From an uncultured Planctomycetaceae bacterium (GTDB lineage Bacteria; Planctomycetota; Planctomycetia; Planctomycetales; Planctomycetaceae), in NCBI GenBank assembly GCA_963815195.1, contig CAWFGE010000015.1, positions 320,001-384,000 of the forward strand: DNA of 64,000 bases, read 5' to 3'. A program made the translations under genes and the position numbers. Positions 30,941 through 42,172 of this stretch are shown here, in pieces; position 1 is the first letter of the stretch, and each line of letters opens with the position of its first letter. Under the pieces are notes generated by a model that saw nothing but the letters and a program-made list of their open reading frames with translations, ran no database searches and had not been told where the DNA came from.

Positions 30941-32093
30941 ATGCCCAACCCAACTCCTCCTGATGATATCCGTGCTCCGGGTGATGAGCATTGCGGGCCC
31001 GTCGCAAGGCCACCATATCAATTGCGATCTCTTCCCATTCCAATCCGATGGGAGGTCACGCGGCGGCATCCATATTATCTGATGTTTTGGAAAACTGCCC
31101 GTCGGCACATTCGTGGAGAGTTCACTGAAAATTCTGTTGAATCACTTATGGGGCAAGCCGCCTGCACGTTTCTTACGACCATTGGTGTTTCGGGGGAACC
31201 GATTGATCCCGGAACTTCCTTTGAAGATTTAGGCGAGGACGAGCTTCATAAAGCGTGGATGTCTGGAGCGGTGCATCCCATCACCTGCCGAGGTTTGGTG
31301 GGCCTCTTGTTGGCAGCCCTTCCCAAGGAAACGCTCGGGAAACTCGGAGACATTCTTAAACAAGCAAGCTGTGACGATCCCGAGGATGGAAGGCCTCATT
31401 TGATCGAGGCTTTTCAATTGCTTCAACAGGCGAACAACGCCGGGTTCGACGATTACGTTGATGAGCCGATTGTTTCGGTCAACCCTGCTGCCTCTGCAGG
31501 GCAAATTACCACCGCGATTGGTGAAATGTTGAACGATTGGAAATCGGAACGCGACCTCTCTGAACGACGGGATCGATCCGATAAATATCCCAAGTATCTG
31601 GAGGTTTGGGATCTCCGGGAAGGGTGGACAGGGAGCGACTATGATCCGCTTGCCGAGCAAACTTTTCAAGAAATTGCTCAGGCGATTGGCGAAAGCCCTT
31701 CCACGGTGAGCAAACATTACCGCCGGGCTTTTGAGTTGATTACGGGGCATCCGTATCGTCCGGGGTTGTGGTATCGGATTGTTATGCCCCATAAAATCGG
31801 CATATTGGGGTTTGAAGAAAGTCCAGTCAGTCGGAGGCGTCCTTCGACCTCCCCATCCCGTGCTCCTGTGCCTGAATCTCGATTGGGAGTGGATCTTGAT
31901 GTAATTGCAAGCTCTCGAGGTCCCACGGATTCCACATCTGGCCAGGAAGTGTCGGGAGCTGATGGGCAACATCAGAAATCTCATTTGTGAAGGGAAGTCT
32001 GACCAGGAAATCATGGAAACACTGGAAATGATCGATCCCGTCCCGTCAAGGCAGTTGATTTCGTACTTACGCCGTCGCGACGATAAGGAATGA
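30941..32093 (+). CDS. Hypothetical island protein with a C-terminal HTH (probable frameshift at ~31950)
   Basis: TFQEIAQAIGESPSTVSKHYRRA is sigma-region-4-like; ORF 31905-32093 plausibly continues it. Confidence 0.55.
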
Positions 32094-32193
32094 CCTCCGA
32101 AAAATAACGTCCTCACTATTTGGCAACAGGGAGAAGTTGTCGCCCCTTTGTGTTTTGGGGCGGGAACTTTTTCTTTTTTGATGCCCAGTTGCC

Positions 32194-32487
32194 ATGACCG
32201 CTTCCCCGCCCGAACCGCAACGTTTGTACGTGTCCCCTTTGGAATACGTTCAGCTCAGCGGACTTTCTCTTTCGACTGTTCACCGGTATCTCAAATCCGG
32301 TCGGATTCCCTTCGAGCAGCCGGGTGGGCCGCGGAGTCGGATTCTCATCCCTGTCAACGCCCTCCAACAAAGGCCTTCATCTCACGATTCCGCTGAGGAA
32401 CCGTCTGCGGATGCGCCTCTCACTTCGCAGTCCAACCAACGGCCATCTTCGGGTCCGCAGCCTCGCTGGATGAACAAAAGAACCTAA
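32194..32487 (+). CDS. Excisionase/recombination directionality factor-like HTH protein
   Basis: LSGLSLSTVHRYLKSGRIP MerR-like HTH directly upstream of the integrase. Confidence 0.75.
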   Translation: MTASPPEPQRLYVSPLEYVQLSGLSLSTVHRYLKSGRIPFEQPGGPRSRILIPVNALQQRPSSHDSAEEPSADAPLTSQSNQRPSSGPQPRWMNKRT

Positions 32488-32522
32488 AACGTCTGTTGTC
32501 TACCAATTTGGGATAAATCATC

Positions 32523-33776
32523 ATGCCCAAACGAAGAAAATATGAACTGATTCAATGCCGCTATTTTCGCTGGCGTCTCAAACCGCGAAACGGGATTTGG
32601 CACGCCGATGGCCGATCCAACGAAACGGATTTGGGTCGCCATTCTCTCGGAACGCGCGATGCCAGCGAAGCAAAGCAACGGCTTCAAGAACTCGATCTTG
32701 TCAAAGCCGTGGAACATGGGTTGGCGAACTCCAACCAACTCAATCAAATTCCGGACGCCCCGCTGTCTCTGGAAAAGGGCCGTTTTCTCTACGAACAGCA
32801 CGTGAGCCGCCCGCAGATTGTCGGGGGAGCCCGCCCCAAAACCGTGCAGCGTTACAAAGCCGTGTTGGATAAATTCTTGCCCTTTGCACTCAAAAATGGC
32901 GTTCGCTGCTGGAATGATGTGGATGGGCGACTCCTGGAAAAATACGCCAAACACCTGGAAAAAGAGGAATACGCGTATCGCACGATCTATTTGGAACTCA
33001 ATACGATCAAGCAAATCGTGAAATGGCTGATTCGGGAAGGTCACTTGAAGGGCAAGACCCCCATTGATCTTCCGGTCGAAAAAGCCGACGGAACTCCCAC
33101 GTATTGTTGGCGTGCGGAAGAAGTGGAAGCCATGGTGGAATGGTGTGCCAACCATCCCGAATTGGCTTGGTTGGGCCACATCATTATTGCCCTGGCCTGT
33201 ACCGGACTTCGGATCTCGGAACTCGCATCCTTACGATGGACCGATTTAGATCTGGAGAACGAACGCGTGCGACTGACCGATGAAACCGCGGCGTCGCGGC
33301 GACAAACTGCCGACCGACGGACGACCAAAAGTGGCCGTGGACGGACCTTTCCGATCCATAGCGACTTACTCGCTGTGCTGAACACGCTGCCGAAATCCGG
33401 GCCGTTTGTCTTTTACGGGCCTCGGGGCGGTCGGGTGAAACCCGATACCATCCGCCGCATTCTGATCCGCGATGTGCTGACTCCGTTGGCTGAGCGTTTT
33501 CCCACCGCTGAAGGAGAAGTGGGTTTTGCGGAGGGTCGCCTCCACAGCTTCCGTCATTATTTTTGTTCGACCTGTGCCAACAACAATATTCCCGAACAGA
33601 TGGTGATGCAGTGGCTTGGCCACCAAGAAAGTGATATGGTGAGGCATTATTATCATTTGCATGACGAGGAAGCTCGTCGGCGAATGCGTGGATTGAACTT
33701 TTTGGGAAAGGCCGGTGGAGCGTCCACCGGCGCCCAACAACTCGAGAACGGAGGCTCCGAAGCCAAGGCGTCTTGA
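32523..33776 (+). CDS. Tyrosine integrase
   Basis: Catalytic motifs [27 protein letters not shown]; adjacent to a tRNA 3' end. Confidence 0.95.
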   Translation: MPKRRKYELIQCRYFRWRLKPRNGIWHADGRSNETDLGRHSLGTRDASEAKQRLQELDLVKAVEHGLANSNQLNQIPDAPLSLEKGRFLYEQHVSRPQIVGGARPKTVQRYKAVLDKFLPFALKNGVRCWNDVDGRLLEKYAKHLEKEEYAYRTIYLELNTIKQIVKWLIREGHLKGKTPIDLPVEKADGTPTYCWRAEEVEAMVEWCANHPELAWLGHIIIALACTGLRISELASLRWTDLDLENERVRLTDETAASRRQTADRRTTKSGRGRTFPIHSDLLAVLNTLPKSGPFVFYGPRGGRVKPDTIRRILIRDVLTPLAERFPTAEGEVGFAEGRLHSFRHYFCSTCANNNIPEQMVMQWLGHQESDMVRHYYHLHDEEARRRMRGLNFLGKAGGASTGAQQLENGGSEAKAS

Positions 33777-33783
33777 ACCAACT

Positions 33784-33859
33784 TTGGCACAGTGATTGGC
33801 ACAGTTGACTGTGCCAATTAAATTCGCCGCTGTAACTCGTTGTTATTTCAGCAGTTACA
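33784..33859. other. Putative integrase arm-type sites and palindrome next to the att core
   Basis: TTGGCACAGT direct at 33784 and 33796, inverted at 33808; TGTAAC...GTTACA at 33831-33859. Confidence 0.6.
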
Positions 33860-33874
33860 ACGGCGGCTCAAATC

Positions 33875-33965
<91 letters not shown>

Positions 33966-34089
33966 GAATTGGGGGATAGTCTAGCATACCAGACACAACG
34001 CGTCACGCGGAGGCTCGCATTTTTTCTGCGGGGCTCGCCGGATGGCTGAGGCTGTCCCCGTGAGAATCACGCCTTGCGTTTCCGCGGGT

Positions 34090-34839
34090 TTATTTGATCG
34101 AGCTGAACGCCAGGGCGGCCAGGAGGCCTCCGAGAATCGGGGCAAGGACCGGGATCGGGGCGTAGGACCAGTCGCTGTCGCGTTTGCCGGCGATGGGCAG
34201 CAGTGCATGGGCGATGCGAGGCCCCAGATCGCGGGCGGGGTTGATGGCGTAGCCGGTCGTGCCGCCCAGACTGAGGCCGATGGCGAACACGACCAGTCCC
34301 ACGCGGATCGCCCCGAGCGAGCCCAGGCCGACTTGGATGGTTTTGGTTTCGCCCGTCAGAGCGGGGAGTTCAAACGAAGGATCCGCCGCCAGCAGCACCG
34401 CGGCCACGAGGATGAACGTGGCCACGGTTTCGCAGAAGAAGTTTCTGGAAAACGCGCGAATGTTGGGAGCGGTGCCGAACGCGGCCAGTTTGAGGTCGGG
34501 ATCGTCCGTCGCGTCGAAATGATCTTTGTAACACAGATAGACCAGCCCGGCTCCGCAGAAGGCGCCCAGCATTTGGGCGGCGATGTAACCGGGCACGAGC
34601 TGCCAATCGAATTCTCCCGCAGCCGCCAAAGCGAGCGTGACCGCGGGATTGATGTGCGCCCCGCTGAACTCGCCCACGCAGAGCACGGCGACATACACCG
34701 CGAACCCCCAGCCGGCGGTAATCACGATCCAGCCGGATTGATGGCCTTTCGTTTGATGGAGCACCACGTTGGCCACGACGCCGTTGCCTAAGAGAATCAG
34801 AATCGCCGTGCCCACCCATTCCGCGACATAAGCGTGCAT
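34090..34839 (-). CDS. glpF: MIP-family aquaglyceroporin (glycerol uptake facilitator)
   Basis: SGAHINPAVT and GYAINPARDLGPR motifs. Confidence 0.9.
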   Translation of the reverse strand: MHAYVAEWVGTAILILLGNGVVANVVLHQTKGHQSGWIVITAGWGFAVYVAVLCVGEFSGAHINPAVTLALAAAGEFDWQLVPGYIAAQMLGAFCGAGLVYLCYKDHFDATDDPDLKLAAFGTAPNIRAFSRNFFCETVATFILVAAVLLAADPSFELPALTGETKTIQVGLGSLGAIRVGLVVFAIGLSLGGTTGYAINPARDLGPRIAHALLPIAGKRDSDWSYAPIPVLAPILGGLLAALAFSSIK

Positions 34840-34998
34840 TCGCAGCCATCCACTCGTTCAAGCGCCAAGAGATCAAAGATTTCCCGCGCTCAACACGCTG
34901 AGCCGGGCACACAATGTTTACCAAAACGGCCGGTCCCCTTAAACTATCCGCAGTGACGATCGCTGGTTTTTTTCCGGATTCTATTGATTGACCATCCC

Positions 34999-35976
34999 AT
35001 GATACGACGACCGCTTGGACAGACGGGGATCGAGATCACGCCCGTGGCGATGGGCTGCTGGCCGATTGCCGGGGTGACGAGCATCCACGTCACCGAAGCC
35101 GACAGCCTCAGGACCCTGGAAGCCGCGCTCGATGCGGGGATCAGTTTTTTCGACACCGCCTACTGCTACGGCTACGAGGGCGAAAGCGAACGCATGATCG
35201 CCCGGGCGCTCGGGCATCGGCGGGATGAGATCGTGATCGCGACCAAAGGCGGCATTCATTGGGAAACCGGCGCCGACGGCAAAAAAACGCAAGGCCGCAA
35301 CGGTTCGCCCGAAACCTTGCGGGCCGAATTGGAGGCCAGCCTCCGCCGGCTCGGCACCGACCGGGTGGAGCTATATTACCTGCATGCTCCCGATCCGCGG
35401 ATTCCGATCGAGGAATCCGCCGAAGCGATCAAGGCGTTTTTGGACGAAGGCAAAATCCGAAGCGCCGGCGTGTCCAATGTGAACGCGGAACAACTCGCAG
35501 GCTTTGCGAAAGTCTGCCCGCTGTCGGCGTATCAACCGCATTACAACATGCTGCAGCGCGAAATCGAAGACGCCGAACTCCCCTGGTGCCGGGCGAACGG
35601 CGTTTCGGTAATCGTGTATTGGCCGTTGATGAAAGGCCTCCTCGCCGGCAAGCTCGCCCGCGATCATCAATTCGACCCCAAAGACGGGCGGCGGAAATAT
35701 CCAATGTTCCACGGCAGCGAATGGGAAAAGAACCAGGATTTTCTCGATGAGCTGCGGCCCATCGCCCAAGCGCGGGGGAAATCGGTGGCGGAGGTCGTCA
35801 TCAACTGGACGATCCATCGGCCCGGGATCACGGCCGCCCTTTGCGGAGCCAAACGCCCCAGCCAAATCCGCGAGACCGCCGCCGCGATGACCTGGGAACT
35901 CTCCGCCGACGACACCCGGCAGATCGACGCCGCGATCAATCACCGCGGTCCGATCATGTCCCGCGGCGCGGTGTGA
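34999..35976 (+). CDS. Aldo/keto reductase
   Basis: FFDTAYCYG, IATKGG, SLRRLGTDRVELYYLH, GKIRSAGVSN. Confidence 0.92.
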   Translation: MIRRPLGQTGIEITPVAMGCWPIAGVTSIHVTEADSLRTLEAALDAGISFFDTAYCYGYEGESERMIARALGHRRDEIVIATKGGIHWETGADGKKTQGRNGSPETLRAELEASLRRLGTDRVELYYLHAPDPRIPIEESAEAIKAFLDEGKIRSAGVSNVNAEQLAGFAKVCPLSAYQPHYNMLQREIEDAELPWCRANGVSVIVYWPLMKGLLAGKLARDHQFDPKDGRRKYPMFHGSEWEKNQDFLDELRPIAQARGKSVAEVVINWTIHRPGITAALCGAKRPSQIRETAAAMTWELSADDTRQIDAAINHRGPIMSRGAV

Positions 35977-36000
35977 ATCGGCATCGCCGGAAAGCTCTCG

Positions 36001-36543
36001 CTACATTCCGCTCCAGGTGCCGATGACGTTGCCTTGGATCGGGTCCAGACGCTCGATTTGGACGACTTTCCAGACACCGGCTTCCTTTTGCCAGGTGAGA
36101 TTCCACCGCGTGGCGAAGTTGCTCGACAAGGTCTTTCGGAACGTTCCGCTGCCGTTGGCGTGGAAGTCGGATTGGGCCTGAGTTCCCTCGGGGTTCACCT
36201 CGACTTTGAGGCCGGTGATCCGCAGTTCCTCGAACTGGATGTCATCCACATGCGCGGCGACTTGCTGGCGGAGCGACTGGGCGTCGGCGGCGAAGTATCC
36301 CTGGACCTGTTCCTTCTCGCCGTGGCGGACGGCGTCGGCAAGCGCCAATACCCGCGATTGCACCTTTTCCGATTCGGTCTCGATCATCTCCTCGCCAACG
36401 AACACAGCGAAACCCAAGAACAGCATCCCCGCCGCCAAAAGCAAAAACACCTTGCGCCGCGTGGCATTCCAAGCCAACCCGAATACGACGGCAAACACCG
36501 CCAAAATCAACACCGGCGGCCAGGGATCTTCAGTAAACCACAT
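36001..36543 (-). CDS. Membrane-anchored hypothetical protein (two TM helices + NTF2-like domain)
   Basis: Two N-terminal hydrophobic helices; C-terminal WQKEAGVWKV hairpin. Confidence 0.6.
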   Translation of the reverse strand: MWFTEDPWPPVLILAVFAVVFGLAWNATRRKVFLLLAAGMLFLGFAVFVGEEMIETESEKVQSRVLALADAVRHGEKEQVQGYFAADAQSLRQQVAAHVDDIQFEELRITGLKVEVNPEGTQAQSDFHANGSGTFRKTLSSNFATRWNLTWQKEAGVWKVVQIERLDPIQGNVIGTWSGM

Positions 36544-36608
36544 GGAGGAAACCTTGCGAGGATGTTGAGAAGTGATGTGCCTTCAGTGTAGGCCCCGCAG
36601 AATCTCCT

Positions 36609-37262
36609 CGCAAGCGGATTCTGGATGTGAAAGACATTCCAGGTTAGAGGATGGAAGATACTCAAACTGTAAGGGGAGAGGGTGGCTGGGGCGTAAAGGA
36701 ACGGATCAAGCGAAGAACGCATTCCGAAAGCTGGGGCCATGGGATCTATTTCCCTCGCCCATCGCCCCAGGATTCGCTTGCCTCACTTTATTCATAGAGA
36801 AATCTGCCCCCAGCCACCCAACCGCAAGCGGATTCTGGATGTGAAAGACCTTCCAGGTTAGAGGATGGAAGATACTCAAACTGTAAGGGGAGAGGGTGGC
36901 TGGGGCGTAAAGGAACGGATCAAGCGAAGAACGCATTCCGAAAGCTGGGGCCATGGGATCTATTTCTCTCGCCCATCGCCCCAGGATTCGCTTGCCTCAC
37001 TTTATTCATAGAGAAATCTGCGCCCAGCCACCCAACCGCAAGCGGATTCTGGATGTGAAAGACATTCCAGGTTAGAGGATGGAAGATACTCAAACTTTAA
37101 GGGGAGAGGGGGGAGAGGGTGGCTGGGGCGTAAAGGAACGGATCAAGCGAAGAACGCATTCCGAAAGCTGGGGCCATGGGATCTATTTCTCTCGCCCATC
37201 GCCCCAGGATTCGCTTGCCTCACTTTATTCATAGAGAAATCTGCGCCCCAGCCACCCAACCG
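36609..37262. repeat. Three tandem ~214-bp units, each carrying a ~140-bp element bounded by GGGTGGCTGGGG / CCCCAGCCACCC
   Basis: Units start at 36609, 36823 and 37037 (CGCAAGCGGATTCTGGATG). Confidence 0.92.
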
Positions 37263-37344
37263 CTTACAGTTGTTGCATTTTGCAATCCTCTAACCTCCAT
37301 CCTCTAACCTCCATCCTTATGCTGAATGTCAGCCAGCGCGGAAT

Positions 37345-39012
37345 CTAGTTCCCGTCCTTCGCGCCGCCCAAGGTGACCGTGATTTTGTACTCGTTCTGCA
37401 AATGGGCGTGGGCCTGGCTGGCGTGGCCGTCTTTGGGATAGCGCTGGCAGACGCCTTGGAACTGTTTGATCGCCTGCTCTTTCTTCCCGGCTTGCTCCAA
37501 AGTGTAGCCGATTTGAAGGGCGGCCCACGGGGCGGTCGATTCCGAGCCGCCCACGATCTGGTTATAAAGCACGATCGCTTCGCCATATTCCTTCAAAGCC
37601 CGGTGACAGCCGGCCATCCGCTGATAGTTGCTGGGGAAGTTCGTGCATTGCCGATAGTGCCCGATGGCGAGCTTGTACTGCTGACTGCGTTCGTAATCGT
37701 AAGCGAGGTTCCACAACCATTTTTGCGTATTGTCCGCATCTTGTTTGAGGAGTTGCTGATAGACCTCGATCGCTTTGGGGAATTGGTTGTTCTCATCATA
37801 AGTCGCGGCCATTTGTTCGAGCCACTTCGGCGCGTTTTCGGGCTGATCGGCCGCCACCAGATTTTGATAGGTCCTCACCGCCAACTCGACTTTGCGCTCA
37901 TCGCGGTAGCTTCTGGCGATCTGGTTTTGGCTTTCGATCTTGTCTTGATAGAGGCCGTAAGTCTGCCGGGCTTTGTCGTACTGCTTGATCGATTTCCACC
38001 AGCCGGCATAGCGGCCCAGGATCGCATCGTCGCTGCCGAATTTTTTGAGCATCTCTTCATAGACGGCGATCACGTCTTGATCGCGGCCGGCGGCGGCATT
38101 GACATCGGCCAGATAATACCAATGCTCGATCACCTTCTGTTTTTCTTCCGGCGTCGTCTTGGCCTGCGGGATTTTCGTTTTTATATAGCCCAACGCGAAG
38201 TCGGCGAGCTTTTCTCCCTTGGCTTTGGTCTTGGAATCCGCGATCAGATTCCGCAGCACGCCGGTGACTTGTGAAACGGCGGTCCCGACGATTTGCTCTT
38301 GGTTATAGGTGGTTTCCAAGGCCTTGACGCCTTCGTTCAACGCCGCGTTTTCAAAATAGTGCCGGGCCAAATCCCGCGAGGCGCCTTCGCATATTCGGCG
38401 GATCTCGCGGTCGCTTTCGCGGTTAATATCGAAGGTCAGCTTTTTCTCTAGCTCCACGCATTCGTCGGCGTTGTTTTCCTGCGCGTTGATCTTCAGGAGT
38501 TGATCGAGCGCATACGCGGCCACATCCTGCTTGCCATAATCGGCTAAGAGTTTCTTATAAGCCTTCTTCGCCTTGGCGACTTCGCCGATGTCTTCATAGG
38601 TTTTGCCGATGTAATACGCGGCGGAGACGGCGTCCGCGGAATTGGGCCAATAATCCACCACGGACTGAAACCCGTCGGTGATTGCCGTGTGTTTGTTCTT
38701 GAGGCCCGACTGGCAAATGCTCCACTTGAGCTGCGCATAGGACGCGGCTTCGCTGCGCTCGTAAAGCGTGAGATATTTTTCATACTCCGCCGCCGCGACT
38801 TTCCAGTTTCTCTCCTTGTAGTATTTCTCGGCGATGTTGAGTTGATAGACTTCGACCTCGCGGAGTTTCTTCCAGCGGTCCACCGCCATCTCGTCCAACC
38901 GCCCCGCGCGGGCGGCCCCAACGAATGCCGTCACCAGAACAACGGTCGTCGCAAAAATCCGCCGCCAAAACCGGTGAGAGGAAAGGGCGGAAATGGTTTC
39001 GCGTTTGATCAT
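37345..39012 (-). CDS. Secreted TPR protein (BamD/CpoB-like repeats)
   Basis: Signal-like N-terminus; repeated YP...A..A...G TPR motifs. Confidence 0.85.
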   Translation of the reverse strand: MIKRETISALSSHRFWRRIFATTVVLVTAFVGAARAGRLDEMAVDRWKKLREVEVYQLNIAEKYYKERNWKVAAAEYEKYLTLYERSEAASYAQLKWSICQSGLKNKHTAITDGFQSVVDYWPNSADAVSAAYYIGKTYEDIGEVAKAKKAYKKLLADYGKQDVAAYALDQLLKINAQENNADECVELEKKLTFDINRESDREIRRICEGASRDLARHYFENAALNEGVKALETTYNQEQIVGTAVSQVTGVLRNLIADSKTKAKGEKLADFALGYIKTKIPQAKTTPEEKQKVIEHWYYLADVNAAAGRDQDVIAVYEEMLKKFGSDDAILGRYAGWWKSIKQYDKARQTYGLYQDKIESQNQIARSYRDERKVELAVRTYQNLVAADQPENAPKWLEQMAATYDENNQFPKAIEVYQQLLKQDADNTQKWLWNLAYDYERSQQYKLAIGHYRQCTNFPSNYQRMAGCHRALKEYGEAIVLYNQIVGGSESTAPWAALQIGYTLEQAGKKEQAIKQFQGVCQRYPKDGHASQAHAHLQNEYKITVTLGGAKDGN

Positions 39013-40616
39013 TAGTCAGCCTCTTGTGCTCTTCGCCATTTGTCGTGCTCTGCCAGAGCATAATTGATAACATTCGTTCCGAGTTGGTAGCAGGCGTCCC
39101 AGATTTCGGGCGGCACGCCGGAATGGTCGTCGGCCCAGGCGTCGCCGATGTCGCCGGGATGATAATACGCGACCCACCGGCCGTCGACTTTCCAGCCAAG
39201 GGCGACGTTTCCGCCGTGCGGGGCGACGTAGGGCAGGCGGGGAATGGGATAGGGCACGCGGTGGATGATATCGTCGCGGGGAATCTCGACGGGGCGAACC
39301 TCGGGCAGCACGCGGTTCATCATTGCGATCAGCTGATTGTGAAAATGCCCGCTGCCGCCGTTGTCGATGAACAACATCCCGTGCTTGTCCAACAGGTATT
39401 CGCGGAGGATGGCCGTCTCGCTCTTGGACAGCGAGATGTTCCGCTGGCCGGTCATAAAGACGAAGGGCGGGCTTTTGAGCGGGGCGAAGTTTTTGAGCTG
39501 GGCGACGGTGCGGGATTCGGTTTTGTCGGCGACTTTTTGCTGCGTGCGGATGCCGTACTCGATCAGCATGTTGAGGTCCGCCCCGATGCCGAAGTCCTGG
39601 TCCCAATCGCCGCCGGTGTATTCCAGGCGGATAAACCGCACCTTGCCGGATTTTGTGCCGCTGGCATAGCCCGCCCCTTCGCCCGCTCCCTGGCCGATCT
39701 TATATGCGTGCTTGGTGACTTCCAAGAGTTGCAGCTTGACCTCGTCGATCGGCGGCACGCGGAAGTTGATCGCGCTGAAGGGGTTGACCACGAACTTCTT
39801 TTTGATGATCTTTTGGACCTTGACGACCTGGGCGAGTTGTTTTTGCTCGCCGCCGCCGGCGGGCATTTCGTACATTTCCTCGCAGCCGCCGATGTTCGAG
39901 AGCACCAGAAACATCAACAGAAACGCGAGGCTATACCCCGCGAGACCGGACAGCGATTGATTGAGTTTTCGCTGCGGGCGAGTCTGGGCGTCGGCGTTCC
40001 GCGCGGCGAGTTCCGAAACCAGCCGCGGCCAAAGGCTCGGCGAGATCAGATCGGACGCCTGCAGGTTATAGTACCAGGCATTGAGATCGAGCGGGTTCCA
40101 GATCGGCCGATCATGATAGACGACCGCAACGCCGGCTTGCACGGCCCCGCGGCTTTTGCCCGACGGCTCATCGCCTAAAAGTTTTTTCAGCCGGCGGTCG
40201 TCGTAGTCCCGGGACCTGGTTTCCATCAACCAGATGGTCCATAACAGTCCGAGAACGAAAAACCCAGCGGTGCCCAGCCGGGCAAGATGCGTCCGCAAGA
40301 CATCGAAGCCGGCTTCATCCGCGACAAACACCCCGAACTGCCAGAGGCAGGGATAAGACAGGCTGCCGACGACAATCACCCAAAACACCCGCCGGCCGGG
40401 TCTCCGCATCGCCCACACGAGCCACGCCAAACAAATCCCGGCAGCGAGCGGAAACACCAGCCAATACAGGAGGGGGACTTCGACGGGGCGATCGTTCAGC
40501 GGCAGGGCGAGGCGAATCTGCGCCAGGCGGAAGAACCACATCCAATCCGCGAGGCAGACCAGCCAGATCAGCCCGGCGAGTCCGGTGAGTATGCCCCCTA
40601 TTTTCGCGCGGTTCAT
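39012..40616 (-). CDS. Membrane protein with C-terminal DUF4159 domain
   Basis: Several N-terminal TM helices; RLEYTGGDW, PFVFMTG, LREYL..GMLFID, DIGDAW, LGTNVINYAL. Confidence 0.8.
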   Translation of the reverse strand: MNRAKIGGILTGLAGLIWLVCLADWMWFFRLAQIRLALPLNDRPVEVPLLYWLVFPLAAGICLAWLVWAMRRPGRRVFWVIVVGSLSYPCLWQFGVFVADEAGFDVLRTHLARLGTAGFFVLGLLWTIWLMETRSRDYDDRRLKKLLGDEPSGKSRGAVQAGVAVVYHDRPIWNPLDLNAWYYNLQASDLISPSLWPRLVSELAARNADAQTRPQRKLNQSLSGLAGYSLAFLLMFLVLSNIGGCEEMYEMPAGGGEQKQLAQVVKVQKIIKKKFVVNPFSAINFRVPPIDEVKLQLLEVTKHAYKIGQGAGEGAGYASGTKSGKVRFIRLEYTGGDWDQDFGIGADLNMLIEYGIRTQQKVADKTESRTVAQLKNFAPLKSPPFVFMTGQRNISLSKSETAILREYLLDKHGMLFIDNGGSGHFHNQLIAMMNRVLPEVRPVEIPRDDIIHRVPYPIPRLPYVAPHGGNVALGWKVDGRWVAYYHPGDIGDAWADDHSGVPPEIWDACYQLGTNVINYALAEHDKWRRAQEAD

Positions 40617-40627
40617 GCTTGGGCCTG

Positions 40628-41140
40628 TCAGTCAATCCCGTCCAGAAGTTTGTCGATGTCCGAGCCGGAATCCAGCGGGTTCTTTTTGGGGTCGGCCGCT
40701 TTGGTTTCGCCGATGCCCAGCTTGTCGGGGAGCGTGTCCACGGGATTCGCGGTTGCCGGTTCCGTGCCGGCCTGGGGCGGCGCGGCGGCGGCTTGCTTCG
40801 CGGGCGAGTCGGGTTTCTCCGCGGGGGCTTCGGCCTGTTGGGTTTTCGCCGGCTTCGCGGACGCCGCGTCCGCCGAGAGTCGATTGAGCGCATAGGGGAT
40901 GACCGAGCCCACGACCAACAGCACGATGCACCCGATCGTCGCCAGCACGATTCCCGAGGCCAACCCGCTTTGGGCCACGACGCCCAGGACCTCCTGCGGA
41001 CTCTTGCCTTGGACGCTTTTGAGAAATTCGCGAATCTCGGCCGCCGACGCCTGGCCGTTTTGCCGCAAGTGTTTCAGTTCGCCGCCGACGCCCGGCCGCG
41101 TGGGTGCCGGCTCGTTCAAGCGGTCTTTAATGCTCGACAT
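40628..41140 (-). CDS. Single-TM hypothetical protein with Pro/Ala/Lys-rich periplasmic linker
   Basis: TM GIVLATIGCIVLLVVGSVIPY, then an extended linker ending DIDKLLDGID. Confidence 0.7.
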   Translation of the reverse strand: MSSIKDRLNEPAPTRPGVGGELKHLRQNGQASAAEIREFLKSVQGKSPQEVLGVVAQSGLASGIVLATIGCIVLLVVGSVIPYALNRLSADAASAKPAKTQQAEAPAEKPDSPAKQAAAAPPQAGTEPATANPVDTLPDKLGIGETKAADPKKNPLDSGSDIDKLLDGID

Positions 41141-41257
41141 GATGAAATACTTCCTCGGTGGGATGGTTTTCTTTTTTCTTCAAGATGGGGGATCCAATTT
41201 TGTTGGATACGATCATAGGGCTTACGCGGGCACCGACCGTAGGTTGGTCGGCTCGCC

Positions 41258-41658
41258 TTATTTCTCTTCATCTAAAATGTGCACGATTTCGCCGCCGGCT
41301 TCGCTGACGGCTTCGATAATCGGCTCAAACCGCTGGGCCTGGGCTTCCTTGTGAATTTTGAGGAGCACGGTGCGGTCGCCCGCGGGCTTGTTTTTGAGGA
41401 GGTTGTCGATCCGGCCGCTGAGCTGGGCGATGCCCAGTTCCTTCCCGTTGAGGTACAGCCGATTGTCCTTGTCCACGACGATGCTCACCAGCGAATGGCC
41501 CGCGCTTTCCAGATCGGCGGCCTTCGCGGGGTTCCATTTCAGATGGCTGTCGTCCTGGCGCGGGCCAGGATCACGAAAAAGATCAACAGGTTAAATGCAA
41601 TGTCCCCCATCGCCATGCTGGGCACTGTCGCCTGGGAGGTTCGCCGTTTGATTTTCAT
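41258..41658 (-). CDS. exbD: ExbD/TolR-family protein 2 (frameshift at ~41560)
   Basis: MGDIAFNLLIFFVI (TM Asp); C-terminal SIVVDKDNRLYLNG...VLLKIHK. Confidence 0.85.
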
Positions 41659-41698
41659 GGGACTGATGTGGTTAAGCGTTGAGACTGAAGCAAAAAGA

Positions 41699-41740
41699 GG
41701 ATTAAGATTAAGAGTATGATTAAGATTAAGATTAACAGAT
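41699..41740. repeat. GATTAA/GAGTAT hexamer microsatellite between the two exbD genes
   Basis: GATTAAGATTAAGAGTATGATTAAGATTAAGATTAA; related tracts at 59988-60002 and 60155-60190. Confidence 0.8.
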
Positions 41741-42169
41741 TTACTCAGGCAGTTGGACGGTGCGTTCTTCTTCGAGTTGGAGGGTGATGATCCCGCCCGC
41801 GTCTTCGATTGAGGACGTGACTTTGATCCAGTGGTCATAGGGCACGTCGGGTTTGCTTTTCACAATCACCACGCGGTCGTCGGGCCTGGTTTTGCCCGCG
41901 AGCTTCTGCTGAATATAGGCCTGGAGCCGATCCACGGGCACGGGCTCGGCGTTGACCGCGACGGTGGTGCGGGTGAGATCGACCTTCAGGTTTTCCGTCT
42001 GCTTTTGCTCTTCGACCGTTTCGCTTTTGGGGAGCGTCTGTTTGCGGCCCGTGTCCGGCTGGACCGAGGCGCACACCAGAAAGAACACGATCAGGTTGAA
42101 TGCAATGTCCCCCGTCGCGCTCGCGGGCGATTCGATGAGCAGGTTCTGCTTGCGTCGGCTGCGCTTCAT
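41741..42169 (-). CDS. exbD: ExbD/TolR-family protein 1
   Basis: TGDIAFNLIVFFLV; VVIVKSKPDVPYDHW. Confidence 0.88.
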   Translation of the reverse strand: MKRSRRKQNLLIESPASATGDIAFNLIVFFLVCASVQPDTGRKQTLPKSETVEEQKQTENLKVDLTRTTVAVNAEPVPVDRLQAYIQQKLAGKTRPDDRVVIVKSKPDVPYDHWIKVTSSIEDAGGIITLQLEEERTVQLPE

Positions 42170-42172
42170 GGA

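Noticed and set aside
1..33780. Second att site (repeat of the tRNA-Ser 3' end) and phage structural or conjugation genes
   Set aside because: None recognised by eye, so the island type (prophage, ICE or IME) and its left boundary cannot be called.
36609..37262. Possible CRISPR array
   Set aside because: Units are ~214 bp and nearly identical throughout, with no unique spacers and no cas genes.
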